DNA of 64,000 nucleotides. Source: Antedon mediterranea. Taxonomy: Eukaryota > Animalia > Echinodermata. Position numbers and translations under genes: made by a program. This document shows positions 1-12,504 of the stretch, piece after piece. How positions within the stretch are numbered: the stretch's first letter is position 1; every line of letters begins with the position of its first letter. The notes beneath the pieces were generated by a model. It was given only the letters and a program-made list of their open reading frames with translations. It was not told where the DNA came from and searched no databases. Location of the stretch: the NCBI RefSeq assembly GCF_964355755.1, contig NC_092679.1:10957432-11021431 (forward strand). The letters run 5' to 3'.

Positions 1-1370
1 AACAAGAAATTCTGCTGGTGTAAGTGATGATAATCCATATGTGTTTGCCAGTCCATATTACTTTTTCAAACTAAAGTGTCCGAGTGTTACCAGAAATTTT
101 TAACTGCATGCTGCTCAGAATCCAGAAATCATCCGGGCAACAAAATTAAGAAAGCATGTTGCAATCATGTCACAGGTACTAAGTTTAAAAGAAAACGAAT
201 TAGACCTGCTGCCTACATATATGGGCCATGATGTAAAGATACATAGGGAGTTTTATCGACTGCCCGAAAGTACTCTACAACTAGCAAAAGTCTCCAAAAT
301 TCTAATAATGATGGAAAATGGAACCATGGGATAACAAAGGAAAGTCTTTGGACGAGATAGATATCCCACTCGAAAAAAGGTAAGTTACTTTCACAATACT
401 TTATTCTAATGACATTATTTTGATTTCAAAGCATTTTGTACATGAAAAACAAGTTTTCCATTGCCTGTTTAATTTTTTATTTTAAATACTGTTCAATTTG
501 TTGCAGCTGATGATGAAGGTGATACAATTGGATCATTTAGTCGAGCAAGTTTGTGTAATTATTGTCTTTAAAAATAGTACCACCTTGTCTGGAGCGAATG
601 TATTATAATAAAAATAACAGAAAAAGAGATTAGTCATATTACAAGCCATTTGTTTATAAAAGTTAGTGTTTGAATTTAATAAAAAAATTATTATTATTAT
701 TACTTTTAGTTCCTGCTAGTGATGAAGAAGGTGTTGAAAGTGGTGCCATAGAGGAAGATGTACCCATAGGTTTGTCTATATTGCATTTATTTAAACACAT
801 TTCTACTATGAAGTTATTTTAAATTGTATATATAACATGTTGACATCATGGTACCTTCCAATTCAATCCACTGAAATTATTATTAGACAGAAATTGGCAC
901 ATTTATAGCATCTTGAACAGTTTCCAAATCATTTAATTGTGTTGGGTGCACACATTTGCATGTTATGCCTATCACATTGATTTGAGCATTTGAGCTGTCA
1001 CCTGCTAGTTATAATATTTAAATAACAAACAGCAATGTAGTAAACTCATTAATGCAATATTTATAATGATTTGGTTTCACATAAAGGTAATTACTTTCTA
1101 TTGTCATTTAACATACAGTAGATGATGATACTGTAGTGGTAAATGTTGGGATCTTCCCACTTGATGGCGTGGTTTGTGGGGTGTATCATTTAGTTTTGAA
1201 GCAGGTATAAATTAAAGTGCTTTTGAAACCAGTGCTTTTAAAAAACACCAAACCATATTTCCAAAAGAAATCATTTGTTTTCCGTAGTTAAAAAAAAACG
1301 GCATTATTCGGCAAGGCAACCCTGGACAGCACAGGAAAGGGTTGCTGTTTAAATGTTTTTCAAGGAAATG
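1..1370 (+). pseudogene. 3' exons of a tyrosine-recombinase (Crypton-type DNA transposon) gene, disrupted
   Basis: 1-379 translates (with a frameshift and stops) to NPYVFA...ATKLRKHVAIMSQVLSLKENELDLLPTYMGHDVKIHREFYRLPESTLQLAKVSKIL..KSLDEIDI, which has the R...GH...Y catalytic spacing. GT-AG mini-exons at 507-548 (42 nt) and 710-769 (60 nt) are acidic. An exon from 1288 reads KKKRHYSARQPWTAQERVAV*, a Myb-like start. Confidence 0.75.
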
Positions 1371-1991
1371 GTTTGTGATGTCATTTTTGCTTGGGCTCGG
1401 GGTTGTAGGCTATCGAAATGTAAAATTATACTACAAAAGTTTTACAGTATTTGAATTATCCTCAGCAATATACATATTTTTTAATCATTAAGCAATATGA
1501 CACCTATTCATTTACACATTTACAGTAGCAAAGTACTTTAACCATATCGGTCTCTTGGATTGTCTCATTACAGGCATCAATTCCTGTGTGAACATATACA
1601 CGTTTTTTACTGTTACTGTGTTCTACTACTATATTTGAACATCATCCGCCATCTAGGATCCAAATTAGGGGCTGGGATGGTGAGAGGAGAAAGAAGGATG
1701 GGGGAACGCAGCATCAAAATTAGATATTTTATATTCAGCCAGTATGACACCTATTTATTTTACACAGTCTACAACGTACTGAAACCATAGGCCTATCATA
1801 GCTATGTACCTCTCAATTTAAAGCTGAAGTTGAATTTGTCCTGGGAAGAATTTGTTTTTAGAAAAGAGTGTGGGGTGTTATTGAAAAGGGTGGGGTTGAT
1901 GAGTAAAAAGAGGTACTGGCGTCGGGTGCTATGTACTGAGAAGGCTTTAAACTAATTTTAAAACCCGCCCTGGGGCGGGTATAATTGCTAG
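1371..1991 (+). mobile_element. Non-autonomous Helitron, 3' part
   Basis: Ends with hairpin ACCCGCCC-TG-GGGCGGGT, a short spacer and CTAG|T. Homologous (reverse strand) to 26804-28375. The 5' boundary is approximate. Confidence 0.75.
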
Positions 1992-2363
1992 TCTATATTA
2001 TAAGTGAGAGAGTTTGTACGTTTGTCTGTCTGTCTGTTTGTTCGCTATTGTAGTAATACGGGATATTACAGGGTATGGTCGGATGTCACAAAAAGAAACG
2101 GCAAAGCACTGTTGGGTTCATATGATTTTATTTGAGTAACAAGAAATACAGCAAAAAGAAAAACCTGAAAATATATAATACATTGTATTAAACTCCATGC
2201 AAAAAAATGTAATTAAGGATATATATATAATAAACTTAATAATAGACTAAATTAAATGTGAGCAGCAACGCATAATGTCAACTAAAATTATCAAAATACA
2301 ATTATTCGTGAAAATAAAGGATTTCCAATTCTCTTTAGAAAACGACCACATTACACTATATAT
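1992..2363 (+). mobile_element. Helitron 5' end directly abutting the previous copy, interrupted by a solo LTR
   Basis: Starts TCTATATTATAAGTGA, identical to the 5' end of the minus-strand Helitron at 28375, followed by a (TGTC/TGTT)n microsatellite. Confidence 0.7.
2049..2355 (-). mobile_element. Solo LTR (307 bp)
   Basis: TGTAGT...ATTACA termini, 4-bp TSD CTAT (2045-2048, 2356-2359), and minus-strand AATAAA near 2127-2132. Confidence 0.75.
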
Positions 2364-2408
2364 TACGGTGGCCCACAACTGTCACGCACACTATATAAAT
2401 CATATTCA

Positions 2409-2839
2409 CACAATTAAAGAAGGAATCACACAATTAAAGAAGGAATCACAGAATTAAAGAAAAATTGCACAATTAAAGAAGAAATCGCATATAAACAAAA
2501 GAAAGCATGAAAATATAAAACGAAATGCAAAAATAAAGAAGAAACGCGCAATTAAAGAAGAGCTACAGTATGCACAATTAAAGAAGTCCGCAACAAATTC
2601 GAAAGCTCCTCGCACAATTAAAGAAGTCCGCAACAAATTCGAAAGCTCCTCGCACAATTAAAGAAGTCCGCAACAAAATCAAAGCTCCTCCCACAATTAA
2701 AGAAGTCCGCAACAAAATCAAAAGCTCCTCGCACAATTAAAGAAGTCCGCAACAAATTCGAAAGTACCTCGCACAATTAAAGAAGTCCGCAACAAATTCG
2801 AAAGTACCTCTCACAATTAAAGAAGTCCGCAACAAATTC
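2409..2839. repeat. Tandem array with core CACAATTAAAGAAG; six ~40-bp units plus a partial unit at 2573-2839, and shorter degenerate units upstream
   Basis: Unit CACAATTAAAGAAGTCCGCAACAAATTCGAAAGCTCCTCG starts at 2573, 2613, 2653, 2692, 2732, 2772 and 2812. Confidence 0.95.
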
Positions 2840-2876
2840 AATTCCTCACTGCAGCAGACGCACGTGTTCAACTGAG

Positions 2877-2958
2877 ATGATGTTTTTTTGTCAAGCTTGT
2901 GGTAAACATGGGCCTATTCAGCACAAATTTTGTGCCAATTGTGGGACCAGTATTTTTG
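2877..2958 (+). CDS. First exon encoding a C4 zinc ribbon, probably the N-terminus of the HECT gene
   Basis: ATG at 2877 reads MMFFCQACGKHGPIQHKFCANCGTSIF, followed by a GTAAGT donor at 2959. Confidence 0.65.
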
Positions 2959-3982
2959 GTAAGTTTTATTAAGTAATATTTATTTGAGGGATATGTTCCA
3001 GTGGGTTGCCTTTTTACTAGGTGGGTAGGCCCTAATGCCGCGGGAAGGTAGGTTTGCATGGATCATGGCTCCATCATGCATGGATCTAAACAGGCTAGAA
3101 GATAAGCCTGTTGCTATAAAAGCCCAATACAGACCTACCATATACAGGTACGTCTCCCTCCAATTAAAGACCCCTTTAATCAGGGAGGTACAAGCTCCCT
3201 ACTCTAATTAAAGACTCCCTCCAATTAAAGATAGGGATACCGAGAGCTGACTCCATTTTCATTACCACGATTAAACAGCGCGCACGTTACTACGCGCGCA
3301 ATGTCATTGACGCGGTGTTTTTTTTTACTTTGGTAAACACTTTTTATTAGGTAATTATTCTGAAAATAAATTAATTATGAAAATATCCTTTTGAGTAAAT
3401 ATTTATTTACCTATTATTCTATGAGATCAAGTATTTTTTATTTCCATTTCATTCAACCAAAAATGTGAATATAAGTGGTTAAAAGATCATTAATATTGCC
3501 TAGCGCGTATAGCTTTTACTATACGAAACCCTCGGAAGGCTCAATGACCTACCATTTTCAACCTTATTTTTGTAGTTCTCTAGAGATATCGAAGTCGCAT
3601 ATTAAGGGGACACTTTCCTTTCAAACGAGGGGATATAGGGCCTAATTAATATTTTAACACACGACCAACCCCTATTTATATTCCATTCTGGTTATATACA
3701 TGTAATACAAAAAGGATCTCGGTGTCAAGTCTTTGACTTTCCAGTCCGACATTGTCCAATTAAATGTAAAATGTTATGATATTTTTCATTGGCCAGGCCT
3801 AACTGTTACCCCACTTCGTATCACCAACATTGTCAATTTTGGCCCTAATATATTAAAGATTTATAGTCCCTTGACACAGTACAAATAAAGATCAATCAAT
3901 TTCAATTTTGAATAGACCATAATATAGTTATATGAAAGTTATACACTTTACGTCAAAAAATCGAGCGAAAAACAAACAGTTT

Positions 3983-4135
3983 ATCAATCAATCGTTCGAT
4001 TTATATAGCGCCATTCCAACATTCATTGCTCATGGCGCTGTAGAAAAAATCAGAAAAGGTGAGTTTTGAGTAGTGACTTAAAGTGACTCAATAATGATGT
4101 GTGTTTAATGTTCAAGGGTAGGTGGTTCCAGTGGC
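3983..4135 (-). mobile_element. L2-clade LINE 3' fragment
   Basis: Minus strand reads WNHLPLNIKHTSLLSHFKSLLKTHLF, then an AGCGCC..GGCGCT stem-loop and a (TTGA)n tail. Confidence 0.7.
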
Positions 4136-4713
4136 TCAAGTACTTGGTGTTTGGAAGGATCAGCCCCTGTTTGCCCCCCTGACAAGACCCCTTTGTTACA
4201 CGGCTGATCATCATCTTTCCATTGTACAATTGTTTTTTTTAAATTTTAATCTTAAATGTATACTGTATGCCTACTTTGAAATTGCATGAAAAGTATTGTT
4301 ACAGTATATTAATTAATTAACTCTAATTATGGTTACTCATTTTCAATTAAAATAAAAGAAGAAGAATCTATGTTTATCATTTTAACTTTGTTGATTTGTT
4401 TTTTCAAGATCACGCTAAGTCTCTGGGATATCCGTATTAAGGGGACACTATTGCTGTGGTTGAGTTTTTGATGTGCATGGAAATTGATCCAGGCTAGTTA
4501 TTCCTAGACTTTACTGCCTTACTGCAATCGCTGTATAAATCACCTACGGTACTACTTCATAACATTCGTTGTATTATTATGTAATGTTTTTTTGCAGATC
4601 CTGACAAGCCAACTACTAGTACAGCACCAGATATACCACCATCATCAAGTTTCATGCCTACAGGTAATTAGACAAAAAATAGGATCAGGCATACTGTAAG
4701 GCTATTAAAGAAG

Positions 4714-6317
4714 ATGACGACGACATTAAAAAAATGCGAAACCTCACTATTAGTAGTTAAAACACTGTTAATTTTGAATTACTTGAAGAAGTACAGAGAA
4801 GAGGTGGGAAAGGAATTCAAGCGTATAGTGTTCTATCTGTGCACTCTGGAAGACCATCTCTTGGCAGAAAAGAAAGAGATTGATAGTGAACACGATTCTG
4901 AACCTCTCACTAAGCAGATGAGAGTATTTGATGAATTTGATATCACTACCTTTGATGATAATGCATTTACAGCAGAGTCATTGCTAAGCAACGTACAACC
5001 ACAACATACAGCCACTGAGAACAATCACAGCTCTACAGCAATATCCACAGAAACCACAAATCCACCAGTAGCAACAAACGAGCAAGTGATAAATACATCA
5101 TGCACAGAAGCTGAAGAATTTGACAGGAAAGAATTGTCATTCAAAGAGAAACTGGAAAACATTGGAAAGGCATTTCAAGAAAGTGGTGATCCGGAAATTC
5201 TATCTGTACGTCGAAGGAAGCTCTGGCAGGACACTGCTCAAAAACTTGGTCATCTTTATGCGAATTGCATAAAACCATTCAGTGTGTCATTCATTGGAGA
5301 AGCTGGTATTGATGCAGGGGGCCCGAAAAGAGAATTCTTTTCTTTACTTTTTGATGACTGCAAAAAGCATCTCTTCGCTACTGGTGATGGTAGCAGTTTC
5401 ACCTTACTCCATGATGTTGAGAAGATGAGAAAGGGGGAATTTCAGCTACTTGGTAACATGATTTCTATTGCACTGCTGTATGAATGTGCAGGGCCACGTT
5501 GCTTCACCCCCTCATTCACTGCATGCTTACTGAATGGTCCAGAAATTCGACCAACCATTCAGGAGATTCCCGATTTCGAAATTCAGGAGAGATTAAGATC
5601 TTTAATGGCAGCAAAAGATGATGAGGAATTTCAGGGTATGATGTCAACCTTTGAAGAAAGGTTTTCCTTTGGTGTGACCCGGTTCAAGGTTCCCTTTTCT
5701 GAAAGGGAAGATATGATCAGAAATATTGGCCAGCATTTTTGTATTTCCGCTTGCAATGAAGAAATACAAGAGGTTCGAAGACGAATGGAGGTTATCGGGG
5801 TGCTTAAGGTTTTAGAAGAGCATTATGAGGAAAGTAAACATGAGTTCCTTCTGTCAGAAATTCACAAAGCTTCAAGTATTCTCGGTATATTTACCAGCAT
5901 AGAATACACACATGTGAAAGAAGGGGATTCGCTTGATAGGGGGAAAAGAGATTTGGAAGAAGACATATTTTATAACTTCACAAACTGCATGGAGATTCTA
6001 CAGCACGAGGGTGCGGTGCAATGAAATTACCCCTTATCATCCTTGAAGATGATGGCTCTGGGAGGGAAATTAACACTGTAATTACTTTGCAGGAAGTAAC
6101 AAGATTTGTCACAGGATCAAAATATGTAACGGCGTCATTAGAGGGCAAAGGCACGATTTGCTTCGACCACTTGAAAAGAAGTGGCACACTCATGGTCAAC
6201 ACATGCAACATTGTATTGACTTTTCCTGTTTTGGAGAAATACTATGGATCTCCAGATGTTTTTATTAAGAGTTTCTTTGAAGATATGCGTTCAGATTCTG
6301 GCTTTGGTATGTTATAG
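4714..6317 (+). pseudogene. G2E3-like HECT-domain E3 ubiquitin ligase, split by one frameshift near 6021
   Basis: ORF 4714-6024 has VSFIGEAGIDAGGPKREFFSL (HECT N-lobe). ORF 6021-6317 has RFVTGS, VNTC (catalytic Cys) and a terminal GFG. Confidence 0.85.
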
Positions 6318-9300
6318 CATGGATAAACATTTCTGTTACACATCAACACATTTATTTTACATCATATAGTATTAACATAGTATATTTCTTTCTTTCATTT
6401 ATTTGGCATCTCAAAACATAACAATTAAAAATACGTCAATAATATATATAATCACCTTAAATATTAAAATACATCAAAAAAGCAAATAAAAATGGCTGGA
6501 TTAATGAGGTCTGACGATGCACGGGAAAACACATAAAGTCGTTTAAAGTAAAACAACTTAATTCCAATGTGGTCCCTAAAAAGATAGTAATTATAATTTT
6601 AACAAAACAAACATTATAAGACGGGGTTCATAAATATATAAGCACATAAGCAAAACATCTGATATAATGGCACAATAATAATTTATCTATGTTTAATTTT
6701 GTAATATTGTTTCAATTCAGTTTTAAATTTAGATGTGTTGGAAATTTGTTTAATATAGTCAGGAAGGTTATTCCATTCTCTGATTGCATTAAAATAGAAT
6801 GTATTGCATTCTATGCCTTGGACTTTAGGTACAACGAAATTGAGTTTACTACCACGAGTGAAGTGACCATGTAAGTCATTAACTCTACGAAAGTTTTCGT
6901 TTAGGTATGAAGTACTTCTGCCCATAAATATCTTATGAACTTGGCTAATTTGCAAGAACTTTACTCGATATTGTACATTTAACAATCCATAATCGTCTAA
7001 TTGATACCTATATGTCTTCTGGGTTCAACTCCTTTTATGAGTCTAACCATTTTGTTTTGAGCAATTTGTAGTTTTCTTTGGATAGCTTTACTGGTTCCAC
7101 AGAATCGAGAAGATGCAGCATAATCAAAAATACATTGGATGAGAGCAGAGCATAATAGTTTACGATTCTTACAACTTAGTATCTTACGTTGGCGGTACAT
7201 AAACTTAAGCCTATTATTTATTTTCTTAATGGTTTTACATGCATATTCAGAACACGTTAAATTTTGATCTATTTCAATACCCAGATACTTGACACAATTA
7301 GTAGTGTTGATATTGTTACCATTTGTTGAGACATTAAAATTGTTAACCTTTTTAGTTTTTCTCTTAGAACCAAATAGTATACATTCAGTTTCATCCAGGT
7401 TAATTGTTAATTTATTGTCTACAAGCCAATCACACAAGGAGTCTAGTGTTGACCCTAGCTTCTTAGAAATAATATCTGGATTTCTGTGTGAATAAAATTG
7501 CACTGTCATCAGCGTATAGAAGGAGTTTACAATCAGGATCAATACAAGTTACCATGTCATTAACAAAACATAAGAACAAAAGGGGTCCAAGGATACTTCC
7601 TTGAGGAACCCCGCATGTAACAGTACAAGATTGAGAGCAATGATCATCAACAGTTACTATTTGCTTTAATTCTTATTGATAAGTAAGATTTAAACCATTC
7701 AATAGATCCAATACCCATTAATCATTAGCTTATTAAATAAAATGTCATGATCTACAGTGTCAAAAGCCTTCTTTAAATTGACCAACACCATACCCGAGAA
7801 ATTTCCCTTAGAAGTTTGGGTTTTAAGGGAATCAACTAAGTCTATCAAACATGTGTCAGTAGAGAAGGCAGCTCGAAATCCAGATTGATATTTATACAAT
7901 ACGTTGTTTTCAGTAAAGTATTTTTCGATTTGAATAAAAACAGCCTTCTCTAAAATTTTAGACATTGTACTGAGTATACTTATAGGGCGATAGTTTCCAA
8001 TATGGGTTCTACTACCTTTTTTATAAAGAGGTATGACCTTGGCCTTTTTCATGTCTTCTGGGACTGTACTGGTACTAATTGATAAATTAATTATGTAGGT
8101 AATGGGAACTTTTAGAATTTCAGCCCCATCTTTTATGAAGCGGGGAGGTATCTTATCGACACCCGTGCTTTTTGTCGCATTAAGTTGGTTTAATTCACTA
8201 TATATAAAGTCTTCGTCCACTGAGTTGACCATAAAGTTATTGCCAATAACGGTTCTATAGAAATCCTTAAGTTTGGACGATGTCATACACATTCTTAGGG
8301 GATGGAAGTTTACTGACCAAATTGGCTGCAATAGTAGTAAAATATTCGTTGAAGCAAGAAGCAATTTTGGCTGGGTCGAAACATTTAGTACCATTGGGCA
8401 GGTCAATAACCGTTTTAGCACTATCCTTAGATTTATTACTATAGCCTAGACCTTTAAACATTTTCCATAATTTTTTAGGGTTATTTTTATTTTTTTCAGC
8501 CTTGTTTAACAAATGATTTGATTTAGCTTTATTTATATCACGCTGTATTTTATTTCTTAGTTTGCGAAATTGTATTAATAAGTCGGTATTTATAGTCTTG
8601 TTTTTATTATACATATTTAATAATTTATCTCTGGTTTCAATGTCTTGTAATATTTCTCTAGTTAACCATGGTTCCGTTCTTGGTTTCATCCTAATGTTTT
8701 TAAGGGGGGCAATGGAATCAATAGCAGCCAAAAGTAATGCATTAAATTTATACAGAGCTTCATTTACATCTCCGATAGAGGTAACTACTGACCAATCGAT
8801 ATCTATTAGTATGTTTCTAAATTGATCAACGGTATAGTTTTTTAGTGATCTGATATATACATTTTTATGTCCATTGAACTTAAGTTTAATAGTTTTCCGT
8901 GTACAAAATGTCATTAAGTGATCGCTTAGACCTGTTGCGATTGTACCCGATTGGCTTATCTTATTCTCATTATTACATAATATATGATCGAGGCATGAAG
9001 CAACTGTAGGGCATATCCTAGTTGGTTCAGTTACTTTGTTACTTAAACTAAACATATTTAGAATTTGATTATAGCTATTCAATAAAGATGACTTTGTTAA
9101 AGTACATATATTAAAATCGCCAACAACAATTAATTCACTGTCCATTCCAATTTTAGATAACATATTTTCAAACAGAGTTAGAAAGTTCGTTTGCTTTGGT
9201 GGTCTGTAACATGTTCCAATTATAATGGGTTTGGTTTTAGGCAGGTTCAGTTCAATCCAAAGTCAGGGTTCGTACGCGTCCTTAAATTCCTTGAAAGTCA

Positions 9301-9773
9301 TGGAAAAATAAATCTCTTTTTTCAAGTACTGGAAAGTCCTTGAAATTGGCATTTGTCCTTGAATGTCCTGAAAATTGTTAAAATACAATAAAGTTATATG
9401 AATTCTTTTTAATAAAGTTTTGAAAACACTGAACAATAAAAGTATTAAGTATGAAAGTACATGGAAGATAACAACGTTTGTACGTGCCGACTTTTCCGCC
9501 GCCGATAAATGCTCGTACATGAAATAGGCTTTCTTATCAGGTTGGTTGTTGACTGCAGAACGCCACTGGCCAGTGATGTTCAGATGACAATCACCTTTAA
9601 AAAACTTTGCCCAACTATTCTTTTGTTCCCCCACAGTACATTATTGCATAATAGCTATTACTATTGAAATAAATACTTGGCCCTTTTTGTGTTCCGATTT
9701 TGTTTAAAAATTAATTTAACGAATGTAATATTGTAAACATGCATAGCATTTTAGCATTACACTTTAATTAGTG

Positions 9774-9832
9774 ACTATACTCGCATTCTATTTATAGCCT
9801 CTGATAAGCTATAAATAGAATGCGAGTATAGT
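9774..9832. repeat. Perfect hairpin (25-bp arms, 9-nt loop), possible micro-MITE
   Basis: ACTATACTCGCATTCTATTTATAGC-ctctgataa-GCTATAAATAGAATGCGAGTATAGT. TGA flanks 9775-9831 on both sides. Confidence 0.8.
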
Positions 9833-9944
9833 GACCTCTCTCAGCGAGGCTCTCTCACACCGCAAGCGCGTATATTAGCGGTCTCTATATGGCTGCCGAT
9901 GAGTTTTTTATCGTGCGTTTCTCGTCAGTGGAAATCTATCCAAC

Positions 9945-12504
9945 ATGCCGCGTACATGCTTTTTTCAAGAGTCCTGGCTTTTTGATAGCAAATTTTCCCC
10001 GTGGATTAACCGTGCGTCAATAAAAACGGAGGCAAAGTGTAAACTATGTAGAAAAACATTAGATATCTCCAACATGGGACGGTCGGCGTTAATATCTCAT
10101 CAAAACGGAAAAAAGCATAAACAACAAATGGAGTTGAGGTTTAACAATACGACGCAAGAAGTTAATCAATTTTTTAGTAAGTCCAACCCAACAACATCCA
10201 CCACTAAATCTAATAGTACCATCACCAGTATTATTGAACAAGAAGACATACCAGGAACTAGTGTTGATAATAGTATACCGAAACGTACGAACCCAAGTGG
10301 CCCGGCGACGATGCAGTATTTCAGTAGTAGTGAGGAGATTCGTAAAGCAGAAATATTGTGGGCCTTATTCATGACTAACCGGCACTATTCGAACAAGTCG
10401 ATGGATGAAATAAATGAAGTATTCCAGGCGATGTTTCCAGATAGTGGAATAGCTGCAAAATTTAGTTGTGGTGAAAAAAAGTCTGCTTATGTTGTTAATT
10501 ATGGGTTAGCGCCATATTTTAGGTAAGTTTTGTTTGATATCGATTGATATAGGCCTACAATTTAGATTAAATAAATAATTGTAATAGGCATTTCTGTATT
10601 GAGTAATAGCCTGGTGAGTATGAAAAACAAATGTTTTTAGTCTAAGTTTTGTTCATTTTAGGTCATTACTTCTGAAACGTGTTACGGATGAGTCAGATTA
10701 CGTTCTACTATTTGATGAAAGTCTAAACAAAGGTACACAACTAAAGCAAATGGATATCCATGTCCGATTTTGGGCTAACAACCACGTGGAAACTAGATTC
10801 TTTGATAGTACATTCATGGGTCATGCTACTGCTGAGAAAGTCGTCACCGATTTTAAGATATGTGCAGACAAACTAAATCTCGCAAAATTACTTCAAATCG
10901 GTATGGATGGTCCAAACGTCAATTGGAAGTTTTATAAACTTCTCTCTGCCGATATAAAGACGAATTACAATACATCAGTTCTCAACATTGGGTCGTGTGG
11001 CCTTCATGTAATGCACAATGGGTTTCAAAGTGGTGTGCAGTCAATTGATTGGAAGGTCTACGACATACTGTCTAGTTTACAAATACTGTTCAAAGACACC
11101 CCTGCTCGTCGGGAAGATTTTGAGAACGCTACTGGCACACATGTGTTTGGCCTTAAGTTTTGTAAACACAGATGGGTGGAGAATGCTGCAGTTGCGAAGC
11201 GGTTTCTCAGTGTTTTTCCGCACCTTAAAACGTACATCAAGCAGGTGACCGAAAAGAAAATAAATGACCCAAAAACAAAGTCGTATGACACTCTGAAGGC
11301 TGCTTCAGTAGACTTATTTACGGTGCCCAGAATGCACTTTTTTGTGATGGTGGCCACACAAATGGAAACGTTTCTTAAAAAATATCAAACAGATCAACCA
11401 ATGATACCGTTTCTTGAGAAAGATCTAGTGGCATGTTTGAGAGGGCTATTGAGATTGGTCATTAAACCAGACGTCCTTTCCGGGCTCGTGAATGGCCAAA
11501 GTTTCACTAACTTTAATATAGATGAAACGAAAAACCATTTACTTGCTAACAAAGTAGACTGTGGAATATTAGCTTCAGAGCATATAAAGGAGTTGATCAA
11601 GAAAAAGAAGGTGTCCGAGTTACAAGAACTCAGGTTTAAAAATGAGTGCAAGACCATGGTTCTTACAATTGTTAAGAAAGTGCTATCTAAATGCCCACTT
11701 GGTTTCAGAATCGTTCAAAAAGCGAAATTTCTCGATCCAAGAAATTTTTGTTTAAGTGGTAATGCGCGATCTCTTAATGTTGGTAGACTAAAGGCTGTAT
11801 TAAAAATATTAGCAGACAACCAAAAAATCAACCATGACATGTGTGATGAAATTGTTAATCAGGCAAACGAATTCTATGATTTTGTTGTGTTAAATAATTT
11901 ATCAGATTTCACTGAATACGATCCTAAATGTAGAATTGACGAATTTTACTATGACCGCCTTAGCAAAACCACTAAGTATCACGCATTCTGGGGGGTAGTA
12001 AAATTGATTCTAATGCTTTCCCATGGCCAGGCGACTGTTGAGAGAGGTTTTAGTGTAAACAAGGAGGTAGCGGCTGTCAATATGTCAGAGAGTACATATG
12101 TTTCGAAGCGCGTTGTATGCGGTCACATAGCTTCAGTTGGTGGTGTTTTGTCTGTAAAGATAACGCCCCAATTAATTACTTCTGTGAGTGGGGCTAGGCA
12201 ATGCTATAATCTCTATCTTGATAATGAAAAACGTAAAGCGGCAGAATCTTCAAAGGCTATTAAGAGAAAATCGACGATCGATGAGTTAGATAACTTAAAG
12301 AAAGCCAAAAAAAGATGTATTGCTGATATTATGGGTTTAGAAAAATCGTCTGCAAAGTTTTCCGATCAAGCTGAAAGTAAAGGTAGTCTTACCCTCATTG
12401 CCAAAGCTAATAGCTTGCGTAGAACCGCTTCTGAAAAAAAAGAGCAATTAGCTCAACTAGAGGAAGACATTAGACATAAATTAGAGGAAATCAAAAATAG
12501 CTAG
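9945..12504 (+). CDS. hAT transposase, two exons (9945-10522, 10662-12504), 806 aa, intact
   Basis: N-terminal CKLC...H...H zinc finger, LLFDESLN, IGMDGPNVN, CGLHVMH, HRW and GQATVERGFS. Removing the GT-AG intron 10523-10661 joins the two ORFs in frame. Confidence 0.9.

Larger units (their letters stand above)
2364..6385 (+). mobile_element. IS3EU-like DNA transposon, left portion (terminus, subterminal array, cargo gene)
   Basis: Begins TACGGTGGCC, which resembles IS3EU TAY termini as I recall them, followed by a tandem array and a HECT gene. No right TIR or transposase was found in the window. Confidence 0.45.

Noticed and set aside
2409-2839. CRISPR-like array
   Set aside because: Inter-repeat segments are near-identical rather than unique spacers, there are no cas genes, and the context is eukaryotic.
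4409-4663. Additional internal exons of the HECT gene
   Set aside because: Plausible acceptors at about 4409 and 4598, but in-frame stops and ambiguous donors prevent a reliable model.
4714-6317. Host G2E3 orthologue
   Set aside because: No PHD/RING cluster, an intronless and frameshifted HECT region, and a TE context, so no gene symbol was assigned.
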